DNA of 64,000 nucleotides from Octopus sinensis (Eukaryota), in NCBI RefSeq assembly GCF_006345805.1, contig NC_043014.1, positions 372,001 through 436,000 of the forward strand. Direction: 5' to 3'. Below are positions 1 through 12,217 of the stretch, piece by piece. Each line of letters starts with the position of its first letter. The stretch's first letter is position 1. The translations under genes were made by a program, and so were the position numbers. The notes under the pieces are model-generated. The model worked only from the letters and a program-made list of their open reading frames with translations. It made no database searches and was not told where the DNA came from.

Positions 1-450
1 TTAACACACACACACACATCTCTTGTTAAGTGGTAACTTGTCAATTTGATAGAGATTGACCAAATAAGTTCCACCCTGGACTTAACACTTGAGGTTGATG
101 TGGTTAAGGAAAACCTCTCCAGGCTTGTCCCAGCTGTTGAACTAAAGGCATCTCATAAAAATGCCATTGTAGACATTCAAGATGGCTGGAAGCAGTTTTT
201 GGAATTGACTGATTTCATTCCAAACTTCCACACTCAAACAATATTTTGTAATGTTTGTTATATGGATAAGAAAGTTAAATTCATTTTAATGGAAAACTGT
301 TTTATGAATTTTCTAGAAATATATCTGCAGGTGTTCAAAGATCAACATAATTATTAATTTAACGATCAACAAGAACACATTCACATAAAGTTAACTGAAA
401 GAGACTCTCTATTTTCCTGAATGACACTTGACAAATTAACAGAAATAAAA

Positions 451-531
451 TCAATGACAATTCATACATTTTGGATGACATTTAACTCCGTTCACCTTGC
501 ATTTACACCCTCCACTGTTGTCGTTCAGACC
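451..531 (-). CDS. RBCK1: RBCK1 terminal coding exon, Cys-rich C-terminal tail
   Basis: aatttcag|GGT ... CAT TGA (stop at 451-453). Encodes GLNDNSGGCKCKVNGVKCHPKCMNCH*, compare human [26 protein letters not shown]. Confidence 0.96.
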   Translation of the reverse strand, partial: GLNDNSGGCKCKVNGVKCHPKCMNCH

Positions 532-1038
532 CTGAAATTAAATAAACATATATTTAGCACACATTTAGCATATATTTTAGCAGGTCTACACATTCTGGCC
601 CCACCATATTAGCTTGTCTACTCAGATGGATTTATGAAAATATCCACAATTGTCAATATCTTATATTGAAGGGGATTGGTGCGGCCCCTTCCCCTACACA
701 CCTTGCCAATGAATGTTTCCCTATTAATTCTTGACTTTCCCTTCTACTTAAACTTTCTGATATTTCTACTCGATTCTAGTTTTCCTTCAAGTTGCAGCCA
801 TGCTGGAGCACTGGCTTCTTCACAATTTGCAATCCTTAACTTTTAGTGAATGAAGGAGGTTGATGTTGGGGTCTTCATTCACTTTTCATGCCATGACAAT
901 TGCAGATAGAATAGTTGGCAACATCTCAACTACATTTACTTGGAAATGATAAATCTATTTGATAGATACAACTCTACAACAATCACCAGACTAGTATAGT
1001 TACATTTTGGCCAACAGAGATTATAAGAATAGCTTTAC

Positions 1039-1182
1039 CTTTGGCCCCCATCTTGGGCCTCGTGTTGCCCAGCAGATTTCAAGTTTACACACTGAACACC
1101 TCAACCAATCACAGCCATCCTTCTTTGTGACAATCACCTCACATTGGGGACATTTCATAGCATCTCCAGACTTGAGCAGGTT
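1039..1182 (-). CDS. RBCK1: RBCK1 exon, RING2 with catalytic cysteine
   Basis: aatttcag|AAC ... AAG|GTAAAG, 144 nt. Encodes [48 protein letters not shown]. Not in the ORF track. Confidence 0.96.
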
Positions 1183-1359
1183 CTGAAATTATAAACATTT
1201 CATTTAGATTTTATTTTTCTTAACTATTTCATGGTGGTCTGGTTATTGTGTTTAAAAAATTTCATGGGGCAAAATGGCCAAAGTTGTGGTTCTTAAACCT
1301 CTCAGCCCTCAGCCGTTGTGTCCAACTTTGCCCTCCACCTGGGGCTCCTCAGCAAAATC

Positions 1360-1919
1360 ATAAATAGTTGCATACACAGCTCAAGAGTAATAATTGCAAA
1401 CAAATTAATGGACAGAATTACAAAAAGAAAAAAAAAAAAAAAAGGTTCAGAACCCTAACAACCCTAGGCCTATCTTTCAAGCAGCATCTTTGTTCATCTG
1501 AATTGTTACTTTCCTCATCGCTTTCGCCAGTTTCATTGTCCGAATCACTCTCATTGTCTGCAGAAGTGGAAACTCTTCACCCAAAGAATAAATACCATCA
1601 ATAATTTCTTCAACTGCTAAGAGTCTGGGCCCCGTTTGTTTACCAGACAAAGCACTGGATTCCTCATACCTGTGTTTCTTCACAAAGGATCCTTTTTTTC
1701 CGATTAAAGACCAAAGTAAACAACAGCTATGGAGAACATCGTTAACAATGGATCTCCAACACACTCCACTACAAAGCTGCAACATGATCGGTTGTCGGTT
1801 CCAGGGAAGTTTATCTGCTTTTTCTCTGTGTGTTGTTCGTTAGAGATTTAAGGGGAATCTGGCAGAGATTTCATTCAGGCTGTTCTCAGTATACTGGGGA
1901 CATGGCATTATAGGGTTAA
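1360..1919 (-). mobile_element. piggyBac-like DNA transposon end fragment, copy 1
   Basis: Ends ...GGG|TTAA (TTAA-CCC on minus). The minus strand carries an acidic, frameshifted transposase-like N-terminus (SADNESDSDNETGESDEES). Near-identical to 44643-45199. Confidence 0.6.
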
Positions 1920-2426
1920 ACAATTTGACAGCATGAGGTATATTATACAAATGACTAAGGAATACTCAACCAGTTTCATGTTTTGTCAGTAAATACTGGG
2001 AACACAGCACAATGGAGTTAATATGGTGTTTCACAAAACCTTTTTATAATAATTTCTGGAGCTGATGCCCCTATGACCCCCAACAATAATTGAGGATCTA
2101 AAACAATTATTGTAGTTGTAGTAGTAGTAGTAGTGAGGGTTGGCAACGAGTATAGTGAAGAAGTAGGGGTTCACCAAGGATTGCTCTAGTAGTTGTAGTA
2201 GTGCATTGTAGGTGACGAGTTAAAATTCATCAGCTTGGAGGGGAATTAGATCTACTAAGATGGCTATCCCTAAATACATTAAGATCAGATGGGATAATGC
2301 CATAAATTGGATAATCTGGTTGGAAGAATGACAGTGACTCTTAATCCAAAACTAGACACAGAGTAAAGCATCTAGTCTGGTGCTTGGTCAGCTCTATTAA
2401 TTAGCTTATAATTAACGTTTGCTTAC

Positions 2427-2705
2427 CGTTAAGTATAGTTTCGTCCGCTCTGCATTGGCATTTTGTCGAGATGCTCGATTCAAGTCATCTTGGAACTCTT
2501 TGCAGTTTTTCCCTTCATGGATCGATTTACAGGTCAAACAGTTGGTGTGTTGACAGACGGGGCAAGGAAAGAAATTCACATCGTCCTCATATATACACCA
2601 GCCTCGACAGTTTGGAGTTTTACAGTGGAAGCTATTGTTTATTGTAGACTCTGCTCGCTGGATTCCAAGGTATAAATAGCGTTTATACACTTCATCTGAA
2701 ACCAA
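2427..2705 (-). CDS. RBCK1: RBCK1 exon, IBR domain
   Basis: tttgcag|TTG ... ACG|GTAAGC, 279 nt. Contains SFHCKTPNCRGWCIYEDDVNFFPCPVCQHTNCLTCKSIHEGKNCKEFQDDL, close to human [25 protein letters not shown]. Confidence 0.96.
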
Positions 2706-2859
2706 CTGCAAAAACAAAAATAATGTGTGTTTGTATGTTTGGAGAGAGAAAAAGACTGCAGATCATGGAGAATGAATGAGAGGAGGAGGGTCTGCTAGTG
2801 GTTGGCCTAAATGAGGGTCCCGAATCAACAGTACCCTGGCAGATAAAGCAATTAAGCAT

Positions 2860-3910
2860 ATGAAGACAGGGAAAGCCCCGGCTCATCAGGAATCAGTGCT
2901 GAGCTGCTTAAAATATCTGGCAGTGTGGGTTATGGTCTAGTGACCCCTATTGTGAATCAGGTGGTTCACAAAGGAGTCCTACCCAATGACTGGTGTAGCA
3001 GCAGCACCATAGTCAACCGATACAAGGGGAAAGGTGATGCTTTAGACAGAAATATCAAATTGCTGGATCAGGTGATGAAAGTTACGATGGGAGAGAGTCT
3101 GCTTAGATGAGATGCAGTTTGGTTCTGTGCCAGGTAGAAGCACCACTGATGCTATATTCATGGTTCGACAACTGCAGGAGAAGTACCTAGCCAAAGATAA
3201 ACATTTGTACTTGGCTTTTGCTGACATGGAGAAAGCCTTTGACAGGGTCCCCTGATCCCTTATCTGGTGGTCAATGTGGAAACTAGGGATAGATGAGTGG
3301 TTAGTGAGAGCTGTACAAGCCATGTACAGGGACGCTGTCAGTAAGGTGAGGGTTGACAACGAGTATAGTGAAGAATTCCGGGTAGAAGTAGGGGTTCACT
3401 AAGGATCAGTTCTCCTATTCATCATAGTCCTCCAGGCAATAACAAAGGAATTCAAGACAGGATGTCCCTGGGAGCTCCTCTATGCTGATGACATTGCTCT
3501 AATAGTTGAGTCACTACCAGAACCAGAGATGAAATTCCAGGTGTGGAAGCAAGATCTCGACTCAAAAGGACTTAAAGTTAACCTGGCCAAAACCCCTTCA
3601 AGTAGATGGCCCTGCTCGATCTGTAGAAAAGGCATAGGTAGAAACACCATAAGGTGTACCCGGTGTAAGCTATGGATACATAAGAGGTGCAGCAATATGA
3701 AAGGAAAGTTAACCAGGAAAGATAGTTTCTGTGTGTGGCAGATGCACAGGGGCAATGAACACTGAAGATGTAGAGAAAACAGCTTCCATCACATGCTAGG
3801 GGAAAAAACTAGACATAGTTTTAATAACTCCCACTATCTAGGTGATCAAGTCTGTGGTGGGGGTGGATGCTCTGAGAGCATAGCTGCTACAATAAAAGTA
3901 GCCTGGGTAA
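2860..3910 (+). mobile_element. Degenerate RTE-clade LINE, reverse transcriptase fragment
   Basis: Motifs MQFGSVPGRSTTDAIF, AFADMEKAFDRVP, ELLYADDIAL and LAKT. Multiple stops and deletions. Confidence 0.85.
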
Positions 3911-4629
3911 AGTTCTAGAGAGACGACTTCACTGGTACAGTGTTTGTATATAAGTTGTTTTTCTGCTTGAAATTGTCTGAGGACAGTTCAATGAACATCC
4001 TTTCACTTTGCACTATCAAAGTTGTGGGAAAAGTCAAGAAATGTCGACAACATAAAGGGCATCTGGCCCTAAACACAAAGCCTAGAGACTGGCCCCTTCA
4101 GTTACTATTTAATGGTTGTATCTTTGAAACAACTGCTTCAATATATTTTCTTTCTGCCACAATTAAAGGTTGTGTCCATCTCCTCAGTATTGGGCATGGG
4201 TGGAGTGAATACCTGAATGCTACGTCTCTCATGCTCGCTCTCTCTCTTTCCAGCCAAAATCTTCAGAACTTTACATTCAATATGCACACAAAAGCAGAGA
4301 GTAGCATTCCTGTAACATTTATTCTTCAGAAATATTCTAAAGAAACAGAAAGTCATAAAACCAGGCAGTTCCTGTTCACCACCAGCCATGAAATACAATC
4401 AGAAGCACCAAAGTCAGTGTACTTTGCACCACACAAGCACAACACACACAGATTATAAAGAGGTTGTTTATAGCACACACACACACTGTAAAGACCAACC
4501 TGCACCTAACATCATCAAACTGCCATCATCTTCACATAAATTAATCTGTAATTGAGAATCTCTCTTCACAGTAAACACATTTCTGCTGTTTCCTGGCACA
4601 AAGTTACGACAGAACTAGAGTTTACTCAC

Positions 4630-4741
4630 AGATTTGATAACACGTTCGGGAATCTTTGCATCACATTTGTATTCTTCATTCTGGAAAAGACATCTGGCAT
4701 CTCCAGAGTCATTGTGGTAAACTGCATCATTTAGACACTGC
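4630..4741 (-). CDS. RBCK1: RBCK1 exon, second part of RING1
   Basis: ctttcag|G ... TCT|GTGAGT, 112 nt, phase 2 to 0. Encodes (K)QCLNDAVYHNDSGDARCLFQNEEYKCDAKIPERVIKS. Not in the ORF track. Confidence 0.93.
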
Positions 4742-5588
4742 CTGAAAGAAGAGAAAGACAAAATGTAGTTGTGTTGGAGTCTTTCCTGGTTCAGTCATAA
4801 ATTGTCCACATTATAACTTGATCTGACAGGACAACTTCAGTTTCTGACAGTAGAAACCATTCCAATGTGAAATGGCAGCTGGACCAAAGAACCATTCCTA
4901 CAAGAGCAGTAACTCCAAATAACAACCGACTCCAGTCATGCCAACCCAGAATGGGGACAATGAAGGGAGATAATGATGACGCTAACCCTAGCACAGCCAC
5001 AGAAACCATCCGGTCAAGATTTTAAGGCTGTTTCTCGTAAGGTCATCACAGACTTTCAATTTGAAGTGGTAGGTTTTAAACTCTACAATAAATTGGAAGT
5101 GCAACATATAAGAGTCAAATACTTGGCAGAGGAAAAAGTTATATATAAGATGAAGGGGAGTGTGTAAGAGTTTGAGAAGTTTAACGATTGTGAGGAGGTT
5201 GTAAGTATTTGAGGTTGGCATCACTTTAGTTAGGAAAAGCAATGACAATATCATTTATCTGAAATTTTAAATTCTTCACTCATTACAACTAAGAAAATGA
5301 TTAAAAGATTCCACAAACTCTTTTATTTATGGATGATAACACACTTGCAATCAGCCGTCACATTTTAACCCATTTACAAAGCAGAGATTAAGAAGACAAA
5401 CCTGGCACAAATGGCTGACAGGAAGTGTGTGAAGGGGGCCAATCAGACGGTGATTAGGGCTCTGACCTCTGCCACAATTTGGTAGTTCCATTGATTAAAC
5501 AACAGGTGATACTCGTTAAAACTGAAATGAGTGAGATCTATTGGTGTAGAATATTACGAGAGCCAAACTGTGTCTTGTGACTACTTAC

Positions 5589-5758
5589 TTGCAGAACATA
5601 TGCAGACATCCCTGAAGAATGATTCCATCACCAGGAGGAATATCGTCAAAACACACGGGGCAGTTGAATTGCTCAGGGTTTGAAACCAGACTCTTCTTTG
5701 ATGCATCAATCAGCTGTTGCTTGTGTTTCTCTCTTTCAATTTTGTGTTGGTTCTCCAT
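5589..5758 (-). CDS. RBCK1: RBCK1 exon, helix plus first part of RING1
   Basis: attttcag|ATG ... AA|GTAAGT, 170 nt. Encodes ...SLVSNPEQFNCPVCFDDIPPGDGIILQGCLHMFC, compare human SLVLNTEPAECPVC...ECLHTFC. Confidence 0.95.
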
Positions 5759-6789
5759 CTGAAAATATAAGAAGTTTGCATCTATACAGTGAGTACACGA
5801 ACATGTAGCAAACACACAAGCTACCTTTAGTGAATAGAGAAAGCCTATTGTAAATCTACATGTTTATAGTTAGTTTACAAGTCTATAGTGAGTATAAAAG
5901 CTTCTAAGTAAGGTGTGAGTAGAGGGAAAATATGAAATATTTTGGATTGCTGATTTGACATCAGACATTTTTATGTTTCTCTTCCTCTCATTCTCTCTCT
6001 CTCTCTCTCTCCCTCTCTCTCTCTCTCTGTATATTTCTGCATGTATGTATGTGTGTGTGTGCCTTCAGCACCAGAACAAAATGAATGTCCAGTCATCCAG
6101 ACCAGATCATCTCATTCTGGTACAGGGTATGTAAGTAATTTGATATTAATTAGAATGGAGATCTTTTAACAACAGAAAACCTGCCATGGGAACGAAACCT
6201 CGAGTCAGAAACAAACAGAGCAACACCTTATCCATGTGTAGCATATAAACACTGGACATTTCACCAAGCACAGAGAAGTGTGTTTAAGTGATGAAGAGTC
6301 CAAGGGAGATTTAGCTCTTTATAGAAACCAAGGGGCCGGACCCAAATCTAATTCTGTTAAAACTGTTTTGTCAACGTTATGTCTACCGAAATCTCTATCG
6401 ATTCTCAATGGTTTGGTTCTGTAGAGGAAGTGAAAGACAAAAGACACTCTTTAGAGGTGGAGGGGCACCATTTCAGGATGTTGCCAAGATCATTTACGGA
6501 GGCCGTGTATCATGTATCCAGCAATTTGTATTGTTAGAGGTATCAGTGATGAAGATTTTATAGTACAGAGGTAGTGTGCAGGGTGGGATGTCATGTTTGG
6601 AGTTGAGTAAAGTCAGAGGTCAGACAATCTCACTGGAACACAGAGCAAGGAAACTGAAAGATAGTGGTGGTGGTCATGGTGGGATTTATGATTCCTACCT
6701 GGTGGTTTGGCCAACAGTTACTTGTAAATTGTAGGCTTGGGGCTTCATAACAACAACAAACCTCAATGTTCATTTAACTCTGTTGCACA

Positions 6790-6995
6790 GCTTCTCTGGA
6801 TCCCTGATTTTAAATTGTACAAGGTTTGCTAGTAGCCCTGACATCATTAATACTCCACAATCCCCATGTGAAACACACTGTCTCCTGTCTGTCTTCATCA
6901 ACAAAATGAACACACCTGACAAATTTGACAAACCTTGGTGCCTTCATTTTCATCAACAATTCAAAGAGCAACGCAGGATCCTGTCTAATCACTTA
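6790..6995 (-). mobile_element. Possible degenerate piggyBac C-terminal Cys-rich domain
   Basis: Across frameshifts it reads CQVCS..RQETV..GDCGV..KPC, resembling the piggyBac CRD spacing. Confidence 0.3.
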
Positions 6996-7869
6996 ATTTT
7001 GAAATCATTTAAACAATTTTCAAACTACAACAACTGAGAAAGCACCTCGACATGTTTGTTCTTTACAGATTTCAGTTCTGACTTATTTTTTATCTTGAAA
7101 TGATTTCTAAATTTTGGAAGAATTACTGACAACAAAAAAACTGGAATTTTGAAATTTGGATAAATTTTATGGCATGAACTAAAAATATTAAACCAAAGAT
7201 TTTTAGAAAAAAACAGGAAAAAGAAGAGAAAAGACAAAAAAAATTTTACAATTGGTTTCATTTCAAAAAAAGGATTTTTTTTACATTCCACCTGAATTAA
7301 GAAGCAGCCACAAACAATACAATTTAGATGCAACAAAGTGCCACAGGTTTCAGTTGGTAATTATTTCCTATATTAATTACAATAAGCTTGTACATAAATA
7401 GTTTGTGGCAGTTATAATTATCTCTCATACTAATTACAAGAAATTTGTATCTAAAAAGGTAAAAAAAATGTTATTTTTGGTCTGGAACTGAAAAGTAAAT
7501 CCTTATTTTAGCCATTCCTCTTGAAAGAAAATTCTGGAGAAGTTTGAGAAGAAAATAGTTTAATGACAATGAATTGAATGATGAGGAAGCTGGTCGGAAG
7601 ACCAAAGAGAAAATTATCTGGAATCAACAAGAATGCAAACCAACCTGGTCGCCCCTGGCTCTGTAGTACAAATGTCTTGTTTTCATACATTCTGAATTAA
7701 AATCTTCCACCAAACTTTGGTCACAATTTATGTTCCTAACACTAGCTGAATGATAACTAAGTTATTTTACTAAATTCTTTGTTATATTTAAAATTAATTG
7801 AAAGAATGGCTCTCAGCATGGCATGCTTCCTAAGATCAGAATAAATCCCTGTAGAAAGGGAGAGAGAGA

Positions 7870-9850
7870 GAGAGAGATTGATGAGTTATGAATATAGGAA
7901 CTGGATGTGGGACAAAATTTTTTAGAGTAAAAGAAGGAACACTGCCAAAATTGGTGACCTTCATTTCAAATAGTTGGAGGTAGTTTTTCATATGGCTTGT
8001 CTGTATGTGGGGGTGGGGGAATGTGGGGTCCTACTCCATGCAGTAGGGGTCGTGATGTGGGTTACTGGGGTGAAATGGAGGAAAGGGGGATTCGGTAAAG
8101 TTGGCAGATATTCTTTTTGTAAAGGACCCGGAGGATCAATTGTAGTTTGAGGATTGCGTGAAGCATCGATCACAGAATCAAAGATTGTAAAAAAATTCAC
8201 TTAGCGCGTAAGTCTTATTAACATGGGGATGATTGTGAGAGCTAAGAGGAATTGTGAACTTTGAAGTTTCAGAATACAATAATTTCGAAGAGAGAAATAA
8301 AGTGAAATGCCTAAATACTGGAGATAATGGTCGAAGTGTCAGGAGAACGGTAGATACTGTTTAGAAGTGTTCTGAAACTGGAAATTATTATTCCTGATAA
8401 CTAGGTGAGAGAGGTGAATGATAGGTATATAGTAGACTTCAGTGCAGACACTAGGTTTCATGGTGACCTTAGAAGAGTCTGGACAGCAGGCATGAATTAG
8501 AAACAGAGGTTGAGAGGTTTGTATGAGAGAAAAGAATAGAATGAGTGGGTCCTAGATTGGAATGATAAACATGGTTATTGCAAAATATTGTCCAAAGAGT
8601 TTGTATTGTTAGTCATTATGGGGAAATGCAAAGAGAAGTGATGATGCAGTGACAAGTGATGGTAGACTTTTGTGAGAAGCTTGCAACAAAATGCTGCCAT
8701 TAAATACATCTTTAGGACCAGGTGGTGGGATGTACCTCCCTTCTCAGGGGCAGTGGGGCACTTTGCCATATATAAGACTATAATGGAACCTGAAGGATTG
8801 ATATGCTTTTTACAGCATTAGTAGTGGCAGTAGTAATAGTAGTAGTAGTATTAGTAGCAGGAGGAGGTAGTAGTGGTAGTAGTATTAGTAGCAGGAGGGG
8901 GTAGTAGTAGTAGAAGATATCGATACAGCGTATGGAACTTGTGTTTGTAAACTTTTGGAAAGCAAAGGGGTCGTGTATAGAATGATGGAATTGGAGTGTC
9001 TTACCTTTGGTCAGACTAAACCAGTTGAAGAACAATGAAAGTCCAGTAAATATTGGTAAGCTTAGCATCACTTTTCATAACGAGGCCAAGCTGAGAGTGG
9101 GATTAAAGGTAATTAGAAGTAATTAAACTGAAAATGTTGTTAAAGAATCTTCATTCAGAAAAGTTTGCTGTTTCATGATGGTAGAATGGCAAAAATGTGG
9201 CTGGCCATTCTGGTAGGAAGAAAGGATCCATGCAAGTGAATTGGATGATATTCGCTCAAGTGAGGGAGGAGTTGTTTGGATGTGATTCCAGCTTCGTTAA
9301 GGATGTTCTGTCACCTGGGGACCCCACATTTGGAACTGTTTTGAGGGCTGCTCCAGTTAATGGTCTTGGTTAAGGTGAGCAGCAGCAGCGGCGAAGATTT
9401 GTTGTTAAGAGTGGCGGCATTTGTGTCTTCTTGCTGTTGAAAGAGACAAAATTAGCATGGCCCCACTGGACGATGCTCTCAAGGGCTCCATTCGTGAAAT
9501 CTGTGCAGGTTTTGCAGATGGTGCCTTGGTTGAAAGAGGATGGGATGTGGTTGGGAAAGGTGCAAGAAGAATGCAAAGTAACATAATCGATGTTAGGGTG
9601 AGGGTTGTTGGATGTGGTGGTAAGAAGAGAGTAGGGGAGAAAACTGAACCCTGGGGCATGCTAGAATTGATAGAAAGTGGGACAGAAAGAATTCCATTGA
9701 TACACGCCACAATGGTGTTACTTGTTAAGTGGGCAATTTGGCTTGAAAGATAAGAAATTTGCAAAGAGGTATCTGCATTGATTTCTGGCTGAGACACCTG
9801 TTAGTTACGGTCACCCATTGTAGATAAGGAAGAAACCAGATGAGAGAGGA
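7870..9850 (-). mobile_element. Degenerate CR1/L2-type LINE 3' portion
   Basis: INSSMPQGSVFSPTLFL and WGHANFVSFNSKKTQ RT motifs at 9370-9797, followed by a degenerate post-RT region and a (GA)n end. Confidence 0.7.
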
Positions 9851-9999
9851 TTCATAGCCAGAACCAAATACAGAAATTCTACGATTGAAGAAAGACAAGC
9901 AACAAATAGTCCCAAATATTTTCTGGCTACAGCTTTCAAAGGTCTTTTAAAAACACAACATGAAGTTTGGAAATTCCAAACAATTCTCTGAAGTACATT

Positions 10000-11380
10000 T
10001 GCAAATAGGGAAACAGAGAAAGTGATTGATTTAGTTCAAGATCCACTTTCAAATTATAGTGGTGATGTTATGATTTCCCTGACTGGCACCACACATTAGG
10101 ACTAATTAGGAGGGAGGGGGGTGAAGAACTCCCATCTATGAACGCCACCTAAACATGATGCACTTTGATGCTTATCCACAAAACAGTTTATTATAGAAGA
10201 ACATTCAGAATCTCATTGAAAGAAGGTTGAGAAGTCCAACAGATGGCAGAACTTTCAACTCAGTCAATTTAATGACTTTGCCAAACTCTTCTGTGACTGA
10301 TCAGTCAAGATAATACAGTTGGCAAGAAACAGCAAGATGTACTTGTCCCTTAATACTGAAATGTTGAAGGTGTGAAGCCCTTCAACACACTCCAACCCAA
10401 GTGAAGAGGTGACACCCATGCAATGAAGAAAGGGCTTCAAAGTATCTCCTGCTTTTCACATCAAACGTTGTTTTAGCTGAAAACAATAAATGGAATTTGA
10501 TTTGGCATCTTTGTTTAAGGTTTGATGACTTTTGGTCTTTAAGAAGGACACAGCAACTGTCAGGTGGACATTAATCCATTCATATTCAAACTGACCAAAT
10601 CAGGTCTTTTGCACCTGCTCTAGAATGTCGTTCTAAATAATTTTTTAAATCACAACATTGAAATCTCAAAGCTGAGATCATACATGGATACTTCAAAGCA
10701 ATGTGAATAAATAAGCAGAACATTTCATAACATTTGGCCAAGTAACTCGGAATAGAAAAGGGCAATGAGCTGTGCCTGTTTGCAGAGTGGAGGGCTTTGA
10801 TGCAGTCAATGGGTGAGAAGAAAACACGAAATGTCTAACTGAAAAACCCATCTTTACTTCAATGACCATCAATGGATTTTAAAAAGGATTATGAAAAGAT
10901 AAATATTGGTTTGGATTTTCTTCTGGAACAATCCATTACTCATAAATCCTTGTACTCCATGGTAAGTTCTTTTGTATTGATGAATTAATCCTCAGTTTTG
11001 AAATCTGGGGGTTCCTTCTGGAATCTCCATAACAGCTAATCTTGAAAAATTATCGTCTTCAGAAGTGAGCATAGCCCCTACTGCTTGACTTTGTCATGAG
11101 AGTTACCTGGTGGTGGTAAAGACCAAATGGTTCCACAAATCAAAGAAGGAAGAACTTTGACAGGTTGTGCCAAATGTGAAGATATTTTTATTCCAAGAAT
11201 TCCTTGGACTCAAATAGAGAAACTTTTCAAATTTCAATCACTTTAGCTGCTAATGACCCCATTCGTTTGGAATGAGAATTAATAATGACAAACTTCTAAA
11301 AGTATTGGAATTGATTTGAAATCACGGTTTTTGAGGCCAGGATCAGCTGCACATTGCAGGGGCAGCAGGAATTGTTTCTT
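10000..11380 (+). mobile_element. Highly degenerate Helitron Rep/Hel (PIF1-type helicase) remnant
   Basis: At about 11155-11360: LTGCAKCEDIFIPRIP, then across shifts INN..LLKV.GIDLKS...DQLHIA, matching the Helitron helicase C-terminal motifs. The upstream boundary is a guess. Confidence 0.6.
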
Positions 11381-12171
11381 TTTGTCTCCCAACAAAGAAA
11401 TGAAGAAACCCAAGAATAGTAAATAGAAAAATAATTGATTTCCAATAAAATATCTTTTTTATGTAAAAATGTTTTCCCAGAAAATAAGACAAATATATCA
11501 GATGAGTTCAATTTTATTTTTAGCTTCATATTAGATGTTTAAGTACATTTGGAAAAGTTTCAACTCACATCATCATCATCATCTCCATGGTTTGGATATA
11601 AGAATTGGAGGACGTTGATTACCAATCCCAGACCAACTGAAAGACTCTTTGTACGTTTTCCTTTTTTGCACACACACACACACACACACACAAATATATA
11701 TATATATATATGACAAAAAAAGAAACTACGACAGTTGATGAAGTGTATAGGAAAGGAGGACCTGCTCAATCCATAGAAAAACATGGAAATTATGATTGAT
11801 AGATTTAATTGTAGATTGAATTTCCCTTTCATCACTCACTGCATTTCTATTCATTTTCCATACATTTTCCCCTCTCTCTCTTCTTCTTCCTCCGTCTACC
11901 ACCCACTCTTCTCCTACCAATGTACCTCCCTACTATACCTCTCCCCCCACCCCATTGCCTCGCTATAAGGGATAGCATTACATCTGGCCCCTTGCATTCA
12001 CCCATTTCCCATCACCTACACAATATATTTATTCTCTCATTACTCATTCTCTCTCTCCCTCTCTCTCTCTCTCTTGGTGTATTCCTTCTTCTTTCTCATT
12101 CTTACTTTGCCACCACATACAGTTCCTAGCCAACCATCCTACCAATAATTGTCCTGTTGCAGTCAATCACA

Positions 12172-12217
<46 letters not shown>

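Noticed and set aside
3940-4458. 172-aa ORF
   Set aside because: No recognisable domain or splice structure; antisense within an RBCK1 intron next to a LINE remnant.
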